A DNA stretch of 64,000 nucleotides from Candidatus Bathyarchaeota archaeon (GCA_963780185.1 CAWABA010000006.1:672001-736000), one strand, 5' to 3'; counted from the first letter of the stretch, positions 40,541 to 52,444 are shown. Numbers and translations: made by a program. The notes: generated by a model from the letters alone, not told the origin.

Positions 40541-41100
40541 TCACTCTTAGCCTCCTTGTAAGCTTCATTAACCACCGCAAAGTTTTTTTCAGCCAAATCT
40601 GTCCTGAAACGTCTGTTCAACGTTTTCTTTATGCCCTCCATTGTGACGATGCCGGTTGCTTTGGCGACGCATCCGAGAAGCGCCGTGTTGGTTATCGGTG
40701 CCCCCAAGATTCTTATGGAAATTTCGGTGGCTGGAACTGTCCAAACTTTGATTTTTGTTACTTTGAGTTTGGCTTTTAGGATGGCTGGTTCCTCGGCTGA
40801 GTTAATAATCAATATGTCGTCGTCGCTGTTTAACCCGGCTGCCACTGGAACTGACTTCAGCAGGGTGTTATCTAACACTACGGCAACGTCGGGCTCGTAA
40901 ATTGCGCAGTGTAACCTTATCGGTTCAAAGCTTATTCGTGTAAAAGCTGTTACTGGTGCGCCCATTCGTTCGGGTCCAAATTCGGGAAATGATTGAATGT
41001 ATTTGCCTTCGTCAAGGGCTGTTCTTGCCAGAAGTTCGCTGGCTGTCCATGCTCCTTGACCGCCCCTACCGTGCCACCTAAACTCCATCATTTTCTTCAA
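40537..41100 (-). CDS. porG: Oxidoreductase gamma subunit
   Basis: HGRGGQG, FGPERMGAPV. Confidence 0.92.
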   Translation of the reverse strand: MKKMMEFRWHGRGGQGAWTASELLARTALDEGKYIQSFPEFGPERMGAPVTAFTRISFEPIRLHCAIYEPDVAVVLDNTLLKSVPVAAGLNSDDDILIINSAEEPAILKAKLKVTKIKVWTVPATEISIRILGAPITNTALLGCVAKATGIVTMEGIKKTLNRRFRTDLAEKNFAVVNEAYKEAKSE

Positions 41101-41411
41101 ATAATCCTCTCCCCTAGAGTGGTTCAGTAAAATAAGTAAATACCTTCATATAGATTTTCCTAGATAAAAGGGTTAAATGCGGTGTTTTATGTAAAAAATC
41201 GGTTTTTTTAAGTTGACAAAGTTACTCTATTGCGTACATTTAGTAAGCTGTTTGAACTGAAGTTGTTGACCCGGCGTTGTTTAAACCGGGGCGATTTTTG
41301 GCAAGTTATCAATATCTGCTTCATGGGGAGTTAGCAATAAAGTTATATCTGCCCCATTCTTCTAGAGGCGGTACCTTTAGGGATTTCAAGCAAAGGATGG
41401 GCGAAGGGGCA

Positions 41412-42872
41412 ATGGCAGACGTAGTTTTAACTGCTGATAGAACTTTAATGAGCAATTATCATAACAACGAATTCTTGGGTTTCGGTACTTGTGCCCCTCC
41501 AAATTTTATTCCAGAATGGCTCTATAGCTACCTATTCTTTCCACCGCTAAAATCAAGCAAAGGCCTCCCGAAGGCGGCTCCTTATGGACTTCGGAAAACC
41601 GAAGCTCAACTTCTCAAAGAAGGCTTCGAAGTGGAAACAGTAAGCCCAAGCAATCTCGGCAGCCACCTGAAAGACGCCAAGGTTCTTGGAATTCACACGA
41701 TGGATCCCTTCGGGTTAGGTCCCGCTTCCTCGACACTTGCCGCGCTATTCAAGAAGGAACCGTACCTAGCAAAACATTTTTCCGCTTTAATGAGAAGCCC
41801 AGCCGTTCAAAAAGCAAAACAAAACGGCTGCAAAATAATTGTCGGCGGACCCGGCGCATGGCAGTTCCATTACCGTGAAAAAGCCGTCAAAGACTTCGGC
41901 ATAGACTGCATCCTTGAAGGCGAAGGAGAAAACGTCGTCGGCAAAATCTTCAAGGCGGCAATCGAAGGGCAAGAAATCCCAAGCCACTACGAAACCGGAG
42001 TCGACGAAACGCCCACTTTAGAGGAGATTCCCGACATTGTTAATCCATCGATTAACGGTTTAGTTGAGATTGGAAGAGGCTGCTGCAGAGGCTGCCAATT
42101 CTGCAACGTCACCCTGAGGCCGCTACGGTGGTACTCCATCGAGAAGATTAACCGTGAACTAAGCGTTAACATGGACGCAGGAAACCAAGGGGTCTGCCTC
42201 CACTCGGAAGACGTTATGCTCTACGGCTCCAAAAACACCACGCCCGACGCGGAAAAACTCGTCGAGCTCCATGAACTAGTAACTAAACGATGCAACGACC
42301 TTAGCTGGAGCCACTGCTCCCTCGCCGCTGTGGCGTCAAATCCTAAGCTTCTCTCAAAGCTGTCCGAGCTTATCTTGCAGAATCAGAATTGGTGGGGTGC
42401 CGAAATAGGCATAGAAACTGGTTCGCCTGAAATAGCCAAGAAAATTATGCCTGCGAAAGCTCATCCTTTCAGCGCTGACAACTGGCATGACGTTGTCGTC
42501 CAAGGCATGGGGGTAGCTCATGACAACATGCTGGTTCCCGCCTGCACCATTATCGTGGGGTTGCCTGACGAGCAGGAATCAGACATCCTTAAAACGATGG
42601 ATTTAATCGATGACCTCAAAGACATGCGCTGCCTCATCGTGCCGCTTTTCTTTGTCCCGCTGGGGCATTTGACAAGCGAAGACTGGTTCACAAGAACTAA
42701 ACTAAACGAGCTTCACAAGAAGCTGCTGATTCAATGCGCTGAACGCGACTTCCGCTGGGTTGACTCCCTGATCGACATATCTTTTTCAGGGAAATGGTAC
42801 CAACACATAACCAAAGAATTCTACAAAGGCTTCTCAGCAATCGCCAAACGCAAAGTACGCCAAATCGAGTAA
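41412..42872 (+). CDS. B12-binding-type radical SAM protein (paralogue 1)
   Basis: APYGLRK, IIVGGPGAWQ, RGCCRGCQFC, GIETGS. Confidence 0.9.
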   Translation: MADVVLTADRTLMSNYHNNEFLGFGTCAPPNFIPEWLYSYLFFPPLKSSKGLPKAAPYGLRKTEAQLLKEGFEVETVSPSNLGSHLKDAKVLGIHTMDPFGLGPASSTLAALFKKEPYLAKHFSALMRSPAVQKAKQNGCKIIVGGPGAWQFHYREKAVKDFGIDCILEGEGENVVGKIFKAAIEGQEIPSHYETGVDETPTLEEIPDIVNPSINGLVEIGRGCCRGCQFCNVTLRPLRWYSIEKINRELSVNMDAGNQGVCLHSEDVMLYGSKNTTPDAEKLVELHELVTKRCNDLSWSHCSLAAVASNPKLLSKLSELILQNQNWWGAEIGIETGSPEIAKKIMPAKAHPFSADNWHDVVVQGMGVAHDNMLVPACTIIVGLPDEQESDILKTMDLIDDLKDMRCLIVPLFFVPLGHLTSEDWFTRTKLNELHKKLLIQCAERDFRWVDSLIDISFSGKWYQHITKEFYKGFSAIAKRKVRQIE

Positions 42873-43152
42873 GCGCCCACGGAACGCTGCGGAGGCGGAT
42901 TTCCCTTCGTAATAGCCTACGCTAAAAACCTCGAAATAGCTCTTCCATGCCAAAAAGACACGCCGAACCCCAAATAATCCAAACCTAAACAAACAACTAG
43001 GCCAAAAAAATAGCAATATTGAAGACAGACAATCGCTCGCAGTCTCTAAACATAAGAACCTTAAACGAAATCAGGGTAGCCAACAATTTTTAAAGGGGAA
43101 TTTTTTACATAAATTTATTAGCACTGATATTCAACAGGTAAATTGGTATGTC

Positions 43153-43665
43153 TTGAAATTTAGTCGAAGTCTTGGAGCGTTACTTATCGCAGCCATAGCC
43201 GTTACAATCGGCGTCGTCGTTTTCCAACAGTTAGCTATGAAACCAGCGAACAGCGTTACCCCCTCAACGGCAGTTCTTGAGCCTGCAGCACCTGGCTACA
43301 TCGGAAACAGCAGCATCTACCTAATATCGGCAAAACCATACTACGGCACCTACCAGAGAACAACGGTATTCATGATAAACGTAACTGTCAGAAGCGACTA
43401 CACACTTCAACAGCCGCCTCCGAACACTTATCCACCTGAGGTTAACGTCACCTACTTCATTTTGTATGCTAAGCTCTACGATATAAAAGGCGCTCAGATT
43501 AATTCTACCTTGTATACGCCGAGCGGTCCCCCTTCTCTTTATTGGCAGGTCTTTTTGAACGACGGTCAAACCACGTCGTTGACTATCTACATGGCTACGA
43601 ACAATCGCGATGTTGACCATTACACCTTAACCTTCGGATATCTGGGAGGTATCCCCGTAGGTTAA
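43153..43665 (+). CDS. Hypothetical membrane-anchored exported protein
   Basis: N-terminal TM, N/T/Y-rich beta domain. Confidence 0.7.
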   Translation: MKFSRSLGALLIAAIAVTIGVVVFQQLAMKPANSVTPSTAVLEPAAPGYIGNSSIYLISAKPYYGTYQRTTVFMINVTVRSDYTLQQPPPNTYPPEVNVTYFILYAKLYDIKGAQINSTLYTPSGPPSLYWQVFLNDGQTTSLTIYMATNNRDVDHYTLTFGYLGGIPVG

Positions 43666-43861
43666 CGGCGGCCTGACTTCCTCAGCGCTTAAGAGACTTT
43701 CACACAATCTGAAGTATGTATGAATTCATTGCAAAAGTTTATGGGCCCCATTTTCATTTAATTATTTCAATACTTTTCGAGAGTATTTAGTCAGGCGATT
43801 TGATTATTTTTTGTATAAAATCAACATTTTGCTAGTTCTTCACACAAAACTATTGCTGCAA

Positions 43862-44308
43862 TTAATACTGGTTCCGCATGTTTTTATTCTCTTTTTTTGT
43901 CAAATTGCGTGTTTTAGAAATTTTTAGCAAGTGTAGTTTGCGGTTGTGCATGAACCAATTCAACGCTTTGCCCACGCCGAGTTCCACAAACGGGTACACC
44001 CCCATCGAATATGCAACCATAAAGGCGGGGAACACCCAGAAAGGCAATCCGCTGGCTGCTGCAAACCCGTACAGAAATAGGTAGGTTTGACTGAAAAACA
44101 GCAGCGGAAAACTGAGGCATCGCACATAGAAACTCAAACGCCACACTTGCTTGAAATTGAAGAATTCAAATGCAAAAGCAAATAGCAGAAAATCAAAGCC
44201 TGTCAACACGAAAGCGAGAACCGGATTCCCGCTTCCCATGCCTATGAAGCAGGCGGCAAGGTCTAAAGCTACAAAAACAAAGAAGAGGCTTTTATTCAAT
44301 CTTGGCAC
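43862..44308 (-). CDS. Hypothetical membrane protein
   Basis: Four hydrophobic segments. Confidence 0.55.
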   Translation of the reverse strand: MPRLNKSLFFVFVALDLAACFIGMGSGNPVLAFVLTGFDFLLFAFAFEFFNFKQVWRLSFYVRCLSFPLLFFSQTYLFLYGFAAASGLPFWVFPAFMVAYSMGVYPFVELGVGKALNWFMHNRKLHLLKISKTRNLTKKENKNMRNQY

Positions 44309-44563
44309 CTTAATGTTCTTAGCTATAGGCTCCGTCTCGATTTTGCAATCCTATTCTTTTGTCGTGTAATTATAGTTTTGCGAATTCAGCCTTCATATTT
44401 TGTTAATCCCGTGGTTTTGCTCGAAAGGCATCCCAACCTGAATGACTAAAAACCTCTGAGCCGCTTGCATGTTGACTGCACGGTTCAACAGTCTTTTTCA
44501 GGCGTATGGCTATGCTTAAATAGTATATTGGAACTGAAAAGTTGAATAAGGGCTTTATGTTGC

Positions 44564-44640
44564 GCCGTCGTGGCTCAGCCCGGTAGAGCGGCTGGCTGTT
44601 AACCAGTCGGTCAAAGGTCCGAATCCTTTCGACGGCGCCA
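44564..44640 (+). tRNA. tRNA-Asn(GTT), intronless, CCA encoded
   Basis: Acceptor GCCGTCG/CGACGGC; anticodon loop CT-GTT-AA; T arm AAAGG-TCCGAAT-CCTTT. Confidence 0.95.
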
Positions 44641-44882
44641 CTTTTTCCAGTTACGCATTTGTGACGTCGCTTTTCTACCTCAGCCTGTCACAGCAAGCGG
44701 TTCACCTCTAAGGGGAATCGGCATGGTGCTTTCGGGTCAGCTGCTTTTTGAAAACAATAATACTAAGATTTCGCTTTTTTTTAAAGGGCTTCTTGTTGAT
44801 TCGCATTATGAATTGAGCATCTATAGCTTCGCTTCATACAGGATATATATTGATTTTGCTATTTGAAATTGAAGGTTTACCT

Positions 44883-45338
44883 ATGGCTGAAAACGCAAGA
44901 ATACTCCTAATAGACGATGACAAAAACATCCGTCAAACATTAGAAATTGTGCTTAAAGAAGAAGGCTACTTTGTTGACACGGCTGAGAACGGAAAAGAAG
45001 CCGTCGAAAAATCTTTTGCCAGCTTCTACAACCTTGCAATCGTAGATTGGCGCTTGCCCGACATCGACGGAACAATACTCATAACCCAGCTTAAAGAAAC
45101 AACCCCGAAAATGGCGAAAATAATGCTCACAGGTTACCCTTCAATGAATAACGCGATAGAAGCAGTGAATCAGCGTGCCGACGCTTTCCTGGTAAAACCA
45201 GTCGACGTTGAAGAACTGCTCAAGAAAATCCATGAACTTCTCTTACTGCAACAGGAAAACAAAGAGTTCTGCGAAACCAAAATAGTTTCATTCATCGAGA
45301 CAAGAACCAAACAGATCCTCCAAGAAGACGGCATGTAA
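44883..45338 (+). CDS. Stand-alone response regulator receiver
   Basis: ILLIDDD, IVDWRLPDIDG, LTG, LVKP. Confidence 0.9.
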   Translation: MAENARILLIDDDKNIRQTLEIVLKEEGYFVDTAENGKEAVEKSFASFYNLAIVDWRLPDIDGTILITQLKETTPKMAKIMLTGYPSMNNAIEAVNQRADAFLVKPVDVEELLKKIHELLLLQQENKEFCETKIVSFIETRTKQILQEDGM

Positions 45339-45861
45339 CCTGAAAAACAGAACCCCTTCTATTCTCCTTTGAACCAGCGAAGATTTCTTTTCCGAATAAT
45401 GCCTGCAAATTCTGCAGTACGCCAGTTCAAGACGACGCAACATTCTGTCTCGGATGTCAACGGGGTGTAAAATGAAGGCAAAGTTACCGTTTTTTAGTCT
45501 TAAGAACTACAAGTCAGTTCGCCTAACACGAGAAAACAGGTACTTGCACTTTGTTTTTGTCAAAATAACAATTTGCAGCGAAAGGACAGAATGAATTATA
45601 TAAGAATGCCGTCGCAAGCTTGAAATTTGCATAATCTGGGGCTAAAATTTTTTCAACAGCCGATTACTTTAAATGCAGCATTTAATAATAAAGGCGAAAA
45701 TGGAGTCAAGAAACCTGACCGTACAGTGGGTTTAAGCTGAGAATCTGAATGCACGCTAAAAAAAATATAGAACTTCCAAACGATGCTTTCTTAGAGTTGA
45801 ATGTCTCTATTAATATCGGGGTTGTTCCAGACTAGGTATCCTGAGGTTTTGGCGAGGTTAT

Positions 45862-48625
45862 TTGGAAAAAACTACTTCTATGCCCGTTAACGAGGTCTTT
45901 GACGCACTGCAAACGTCAAAGAACGGTTTGACCTCCGAGGAAGCAAAGCTTCGCCTAAAAAAATATGGTTATAACGAGCTCGTGGAAAAAAAGCAAGCCC
46001 CACTCATCTACAAGTTCATTCGCCACTTAAGAGACCTATTCGGAATACTTCTACTCGTCGCAGCAGCCCTCTCATTCCCCACCAACCCCACGCTTGGCTT
46101 AATCATCGTCGCAGTCGTTTTCGTTAACATTTTCGTCGGCATATTCCAAGAATCCCGCGCTGAAAAAGCCATGGCGACCCTGAAAAGTTGGATGCCGCAG
46201 TTCGCAAAAGTAATCCGAGACGGTGAAGTTAAAAAAATTTCTGTAAAAGAAATCGTTCCAGGCGACCTCGTCATTTTAGAAGAAGGCGACCGCGTACCAG
46301 CAGACGCACGACTGATAGAAGCCTTCGAATTATGGACAAATAACGTTCCACTAACAGGTGAATCTGAACCTCAACCGCGAGTCGCGGAAGCCGTAGATGT
46401 CGTTGAGAGCGCTTACTTGTATGCTCCTAACCTTGTTTTCATGAGCACAAGCGTGGCGAAAGGTCAAGGAAAAGCCATTGTTTACTCAACAGGCATGGAT
46501 ACGCAGTTTGGAAAAATCGCACATTTAACTCAGACAATCCATGAAGAAGAAAGCCCGCTGCAGAAAGAAATCGCCTTGACCGCAAAGTACGACTTCACGA
46601 TTGCCGTTGCTGTGGGAGTAGTTTTCTTTGCGTCAAGTTTTCTTTTCCTCCATGCTTCTCTTGCAACCAGCATACTTTTTATGATCGGAGTCATGGTGGC
46701 ATGCGTCCCCGAAGGGCTCCAGGTAACAGTGTCAAGCGCCTTAGCCATCAACGTCCTCAAAATGGTCAAACAAAACGTTCTGGTAAAACGTCTATCTGCA
46801 GTTCAGACTTTGGGCAGCGTCACCGTAATCTGCACAGACAAAACAGGCACGATAACTAAGGGCGAAATGACCGTTAACAAACTTTGGGTTTACGATTTTG
46901 TAATTGACGTTTCGGGAACAGGGTACATGCCCGAAGGCGACTTCACTGTAAACGGTCAGCCGCTGGAGCCAAAGCAAGCGGCACCCATGGAAAAACTAAT
47001 TGAAATCGCTGCCTTATGCAACGGAGCGAAAGTTGACCCGCCTTCTGACAGAAACAGAAACTGGAGCGTCATAGGCGACCCCACAGATGGCGCCTTGCTT
47101 GTGGCAGCTCTTAAATCCAGCGTGAACATCCAGGATGAATCGGCTAAGAAGCCAACGATTGACATCTTGCCCTTCAGTTTTGAACGCAAACGAATGAGCA
47201 CCATTCACTGCTTTGAACGGCGACGTGCTGGTTTACACGAAAGGTGCGCCGAGGAACGTGTTGGATGTCTGCACCAAGGTGCTTGTCGGCGGCAAAATTG
47301 AAGAGTTAAACCATGAAAACATGATGTACATTGAATCCAGCATTCTTGAGTTCGCCAGCCAAGGCTTACGAGTCATCGCGGCAGCTTACAAAAAAATGAA
47401 AAAATCCGAGTACAACAAGGATGAGGCCGAAAGGGACTTAATTTTCGTTGGTTTAGCAGCGATGCGTGATCCGCCGAGGATGGAAGTCAAAGATGCAGTT
47501 TCCAAGGCTAAGCAGGCTGGAGTCAAAACAGTCATAATCACAGGCGACTATGGTCCAACGGCTGAGGCCATCGCCAAAGAGGTTGGAATTGTCGATCGGG
47601 ATTGCTGCCAAGTTATTCGCGGGGTAGATCTTGACGATTTAAGCGATCAAGCCGTCATCGATGAAGTGAAGAAAGGAAACGTAATTTTCGCCCGCGTTTC
47701 ACCGGAGCAAAAACTGAGAATAGTCACGGTTCTCAAGCACAGCGGAGAAATCGTCGCGGTCACAGGCGACGGAGCAAACGACGCCCCCTCACTTAAGGAA
47801 GCTGACATCGGCGTAGCCATGGGCCTTTCAGGCACCGATGTAGCCCGCGAAGCCGCAGACATCGTTCTGCTAGACGACAGCTTCGCCTCCATCGTGAAAG
47901 CCATCGAATCTGGCAGAGCAATCTACGAGAACATCCGCAAATTCATCGTTTACGTCTTCTCACACAACTGGGCTGAACTAATCCCATTCATACTCTACGC
48001 CGTCATAGGCATTCCACTGCCGCTGCTCGTGCCGCAAGTCTTAGCCATCGACCTAGCCATAGACGTCATACCCTCGTTGGCGCTAAGCCGAGAGCCACCT
48101 GAAGCAGGAATAATGGAGGAACCGCCCAGAAGCATAAAAGAACGATTGTTCACACGACGGGTTCTTCTGCGTTCAGTATTCATCGGAGTCATCATCGCCG
48201 CGGGAGCCATGATCGGATGCATTGCAGCTTGGACGCAGGGCGGATGGCACTTAGGAATGCAATTAGCCGCCAACAACCCGGTCTACATTAAAGGCGTAAC
48301 TTTGACTTTCTCAGGCATCGTGGTAGCTCAAGCAGGCAACGTTCTCGCATGCAGAACCAGCAAGCAATCAACCTTCAAAGCAAGTCTCAAAACCAACAAA
48401 TGGATAATCTTCGGCATCATATCGCAAATCAGCATCCTTTCACTGCTTGTTTACCTGCCAATAATGCAGCATATCTTCACGACATCAGCGTTGACTCTTG
48501 GCGACTGGGGGTTTTTGGTGTCGCTGGCTGTGATTGTTGTTTTCGCTGAGGAAATACGGAAGTTCTTCAGCCGAAGATTCAGTAAAACAAGCGCTGAAGC
48601 CCTTAAAATCCATGATCATACTTGA
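45862..48625 (+). CDS. Cation-transporting P-type ATPase (type II); frameshift near 47212
   Basis: LTGES, VPEGL, DKTGT, TGD, GDGANDAP; ORFs 45862-47301 and 47213-48625 are contiguous halves. Confidence 0.93.
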
Positions 48626-48688
48626 AAAGCGTGACTTAAGAATTTGGCTAAAATAAGGGTCAAGATTAGGGAAGAAAAGATGCGGGTT

Positions 48689-48793
48689 TTAATTGAGGGT
48701 TTTGGTCCTGAGTTCTATTCTGATGTTGTACATTACTACCCCGATTGAGGCGAAGATTGCGGCTATTGAGGCTATTTCAATTATTCCAAACAT
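48689..48793 (-). CDS. 34-aa single-TM small protein (not in ORF track)
   Basis: MFGIIEIASIAAIFASIGVVMYNIRIELRTKTLN; GGTGA SD-like site and own TATA box. Confidence 0.6.
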   Translation of the reverse strand: MFGIIEIASIAAIFASIGVVMYNIRIELRTKTLN

Positions 48794-48836
48794 ATTTTCA
48801 CCAATCCATTTTATAATTAGTTACTTGCCCAGCAGG

Positions 48837-48864
48837 ATATAAATATGGTTATGATTTGTTCATA
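48837..48864 (-). promoter_or_regulatory. TATGAACAA-N13-TTATAT promoter element, copy 1
   Basis: Same 9-mer and spacing as copies at 54664 and 56707. Confidence 0.7.
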
Positions 48865-48967
48865 ATTATTTCATAAAACCTAAACATACGTCTAAAAACT
48901 AAGCAGAAAATTTATATGGAATAACAACCATTACTCTTCAACCTAAAAAAAACAGAAGGAAAAAGAA

Positions 48968-49204
48968 ATGAAAGCCTACATACTCCTAAGCACAAAGCCC
49001 GGCACATCTCTGGAAGTTGTCCAAAAACTAAGAGAAAGAGTGAAAGAAACAGTCACCGCAGACGCCATATTTGGCCGATACGACGCTATCGTCATATTGG
49101 AAGCACCAGCGCTCGAAGAAATCAACAAGGTCGTTTACAAAATAATCGAAAAAGACCCCAACGTTATTCGAACAGAGACATCCATCGTGCTCACACCCAT
49201 GTAG
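48968..49204 (+). CDS. Stand-alone Lrp/AsnC ligand-binding (RAM) domain protein
   Basis: 78 aa, AIFGRYDAIV, RTETSIV; no HTH. Confidence 0.88.
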   Translation: MKAYILLSTKPGTSLEVVQKLRERVKETVTADAIFGRYDAIVILEAPALEEINKVVYKIIEKDPNVIRTETSIVLTPM

Positions 49205-49304
49205 CACCGAGATGGAAGCCGGCAAAACCCAATTTTTTCTTTTTTAATATTAAAAACAATGGCTTTTGAGATGAAAATAAATAAAAATTAGCGTTTTGCG
49301 CTGA

Positions 49305-49592
49305 TTATGGCGTTGTTTGATCGTTTTCCTCTAGTAGGCATTTTGGTCCTTTGTGGGCTTTGAGGACAATTGAGCTTACAGTACTTTTTACGCCTTTTAT
49401 TTTCATGATTCTGTTCTTGAGAACGTCTCGGAATTCTTCTATATCGGCGGCGGACACCAAGGTTACGATGTCGAATTCGCCTGTGACTTCGTATAGTTCT
49501 TCAAGATGTTCTAATTGGGCAAGCGCTATTAAGACGCTGTCCATTTCTGGGGATTCCACAAATATGTCTACGAATGCTAGTAGTCTTGGCAT
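49305..49592 (-). CDS. Stand-alone RAM domain protein
   Basis: YEVTGEFDIV, IMKIKGVKST; no HTH. Confidence 0.88.
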   Translation of the reverse strand: MPRLLAFVDIFVESPEMDSVLIALAQLEHLEELYEVTGEFDIVTLVSAADIEEFRDVLKNRIMKIKGVKSTVSSIVLKAHKGPKCLLEENDQTTP

Positions 49593-49770
49593 ATGGGTCT
49601 CTTTCCCATTGAACATGAGTTGCGGATATTTATAGTTTCGCTTGCCATGCAGACACCATATTCATTGTTAACGTGACAATTGCACAGCAATTTCGTTGAA
49701 TACTGGACATGCGTTAAAATAAGCCACCGCCAACATTCTAGCGCCAAGCCACCTCCACGCAACATGCGCG

Positions 49771-50250
49771 TTAACCGTTAACGGTGAAATTGCCGTAGAC
49801 AGAGGGGTAGCCTCTTATCAGTAGCAAGTTAAGTTGCAAAACATCCACGTACGGGTTGCCAAAAACCCAGAAAACGCCCTGTTTGTTCTGATCAACTATG
49901 TTCGTCAAAGCGTCAGCAGAGATGCCTGTTGCGTTGCTTATTGCGGGTATCTGCGAAACTGCGTCTTGGAGCGTTATGTCTGGATCTACACCTGAAGCCG
50001 AAGGGTTCGCGGTTGCGGTTTCGTTTCTTGTGTGGAAGAACATGGGTGAGGTGAAGGTTTGGGCGATTAGGTTTGATCCGACGGTTTGCCCGTTAAGTTT
50101 GGCGGGGCTGCCGTTTGCTTGGTAGGGGAAGAAGGCTTGGCCTATGCCTGTGATTAAGAACGGGTAAGCTATCCCGCATATCAGCAGCGAAACCAGCGCT
50201 AATCCGATGATTGGTTTGAAGTTCCATTTTTCTTTTGTTGTTTCAGTCAT
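49771..50250 (-). CDS. kdpC: K+-transporting ATPase subunit C
   Basis: YPFLITGIGQAFFPYQANGS, SASGVDPDIT, VDVLQLNL. Confidence 0.93.
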   Translation of the reverse strand: MTETTKEKWNFKPIIGLALVSLLICGIAYPFLITGIGQAFFPYQANGSPAKLNGQTVGSNLIAQTFTSPMFFHTRNETATANPSASGVDPDITLQDAVSQIPAISNATGISADALTNIVDQNKQGVFWVFGNPYVDVLQLNLLLIRGYPSVYGNFTVNG

Positions 50251-50262
50251 GACGGTTTTCTC

Positions 50263-52444
50263 CTAAATATGAAAAACTCCGGTAAGAAGCAGGTCGATTA
50301 GTTTGATTCCTATGAATGGCACGATAACTCCGCCCACACCATAAATTAAGGTATTTTTCAGAAAGAGCTCCATTGTGCTGGTAGGTTTGAAGTTGATGCC
50401 GCGCATTGCGAGGGGAATTAGAAGCGGAATAATTATGGCGTTAAAGATGAGAGCTGACAGCACTGCGCTTTGCATGCTGCCTAAACGCAGAATGTTAAGG
50501 CTGCTTAGCTCTGGAAGGGCGGTTGCAAAGATAACTGGCATAATCGCGAAGTATTTTGACACGTCGTTGGCGATGCTGAAAGCTGTTACAGCGCCTCTGG
50601 TCATCAGCAGTTGCTTTCCTAACATGACTACGTCGATTATTTTTGCTGGGTTCGATTCTAAGTCCACCATGTTTGCGGCTTCTTTTGCGGCTTCAGTGCC
50701 CGAGTTCATGGCTAAGCCAACATCTGCGGCAGAAAGTGCTGGCGCATCGTTGGTTCCGTCGCCGATCATGGCAACAATTCTGTTTTCAGCCTGTTCTCTT
50801 TTCGCTATCTTGTATTTGTCTTCAGGTTTAGCCTGTGCAACGTACTCGTCGATTCCCACCTCGGAGGCTATGTTTTTTGCAGTAAGAGGCTGATCCCCGG
50901 TAATCATTACGGGGCGGATTCCCATGACTTTGAGAGCCTGAATCTTGTCCTTAATGCCTACTTTAAGCACGTCTTTGAGTCTGATTATTCCTATAGCCAC
51001 ACCGTTGCGCATGACAGCGATAGGAGTTTCTCCAGCTGCAGAAATCCCTTCGACAATTAGGTCATAATTCTTAGGAACATCAGTAGCCAATTCTTTGATT
51101 GATTCGGGAGCGCCCTTTACAATGTTAATTTCTGATTCAAGCGTGTCAGCTTGGGTTTCTGCCGCTGCTATAGAGGCTTTTCGTCTAATGCGCATTCTCT
51201 CTCTTCCCGACTTATCGCCTTTTGGCAAGGTGAGACCCAAGTGCGCTATTTTTACTCCGCTTGTTCGGGTGACGGCTGAGAACGCCTCCACTTCTGACGT
51301 TGCTAGTGAGTTGAGTTCGTTTGGAACGAACCCTTTTTCGTATGCAAGCCGCAGTATGCTTCGTCCTTCTGGGGTATCGTCATGCCAAGAAGACAAGAAT
51401 GCTGCTTCGCCGACGTCTTCTTCAACGCATCCTTCGAAAGCGATGAATTCTATGGCTTGCCGGTTGCCAACGGTTATGGTGCCTGTCTTATCTAGAAGCA
51501 CCACGTCTGCGTCTCCCGCGGTTTCTATTGCTCTACCTGATTTTGCTACGATTTTGTTCTTGTAAAGTCGGGTTATGCCTGAGAGTCCGATGGCAGGTAG
51601 CAAGGCGCCTATGGTTGTAGGAAGAAGACAAACATATAGTGCGATCAGTACTGACAGGTCTGCGTCCAGACCAAGCGTTATCGACGTTCCCAGCAGTGCA
51701 AGTATGATTATGGTGAATATGGCGGTTAGTCCGATAAGCACCATGGTTATTGCCACTTCGTTTGGAGTCTTTGGCCGCTTGGAGGATTCCACCATCTTGA
51801 TCATTTGATCGATGAAGGTTTCTCCAGGATTAGTTGTAATCTTAGCTGTCAAGGTATCGCTTGCAAGACGTGAGCCGCCGATAAGGGAGTCTCCAGGCGC
51901 CTTCCTAACGGGGGCTGATTCGCCTGTGACGAGTGATTCGTCAACCATTGCGATTCCCTCGATTACGTCTGCGTCTAAGGGAACAACATCACCCGCCTCA
52001 ATGAGGACAAGGTCGTCCTTTTCTAAGTTCAGTCGATTTCACTACCACTATCTTTCGAGTCCATCCCTCAGTAACTATTTTTTTGCTGGATACTTCTGTT
52101 TCCAGTTTCCGCAGGCTTCCAGCCGTGCTTTTTGCCTGTTGCTCTGCAAGCGAATCAGACAGCGTGCTAAACCATACCGTAAGCAGAAGGATGGCGGCGA
52201 CTTCGACGTAGAAGATTTGTAGGCTAGGGTGAGCCACTGGAACGAATATCCGTGGGTCTATAGCCAGTGCGGCCACGATGAAGAAGGTGATTTCTACAAT
52301 CAACATCACTGGGTTCCTAAGTAAAGATTTAGGGCTCAGACGAACTACAGAGTCAACTAGCACTTTCCTGGAGAAAACTGTTCGAGTTCCAGTAGGCGCC
52401 GATTCCTTGACTGGCACTTGTTCTGCGGGTTTTTCAGTAGTCAA
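50263..52444 (-). CDS. kdpB: K+-transporting ATPase subunit B; frameshift near 52020
   Basis: RNPVM, TGESAPV, CLLPTTIG, LDKTGTIT.GNR, DDTPEGRS, GKQLLMTRGA. Confidence 0.95.

Noticed and set aside
44883-45338. Receiver protein as a KdpE equivalent
   Set aside because: No DNA-binding domain and no kinase in the window; stand-alone receivers are common in archaea.
45340-45860. Riboswitch upstream of the P-type ATPase
   Set aside because: No yybP-ykoY, M-box, fluoride or c-di-AMP consensus recognisable by eye; an Rfam scan would be needed.
47200-52030. Programmed frameshifting in the ATPase and kdpB
   Set aside because: No clear slippery heptamer with stimulatory structure; matches the window-wide indel pattern.
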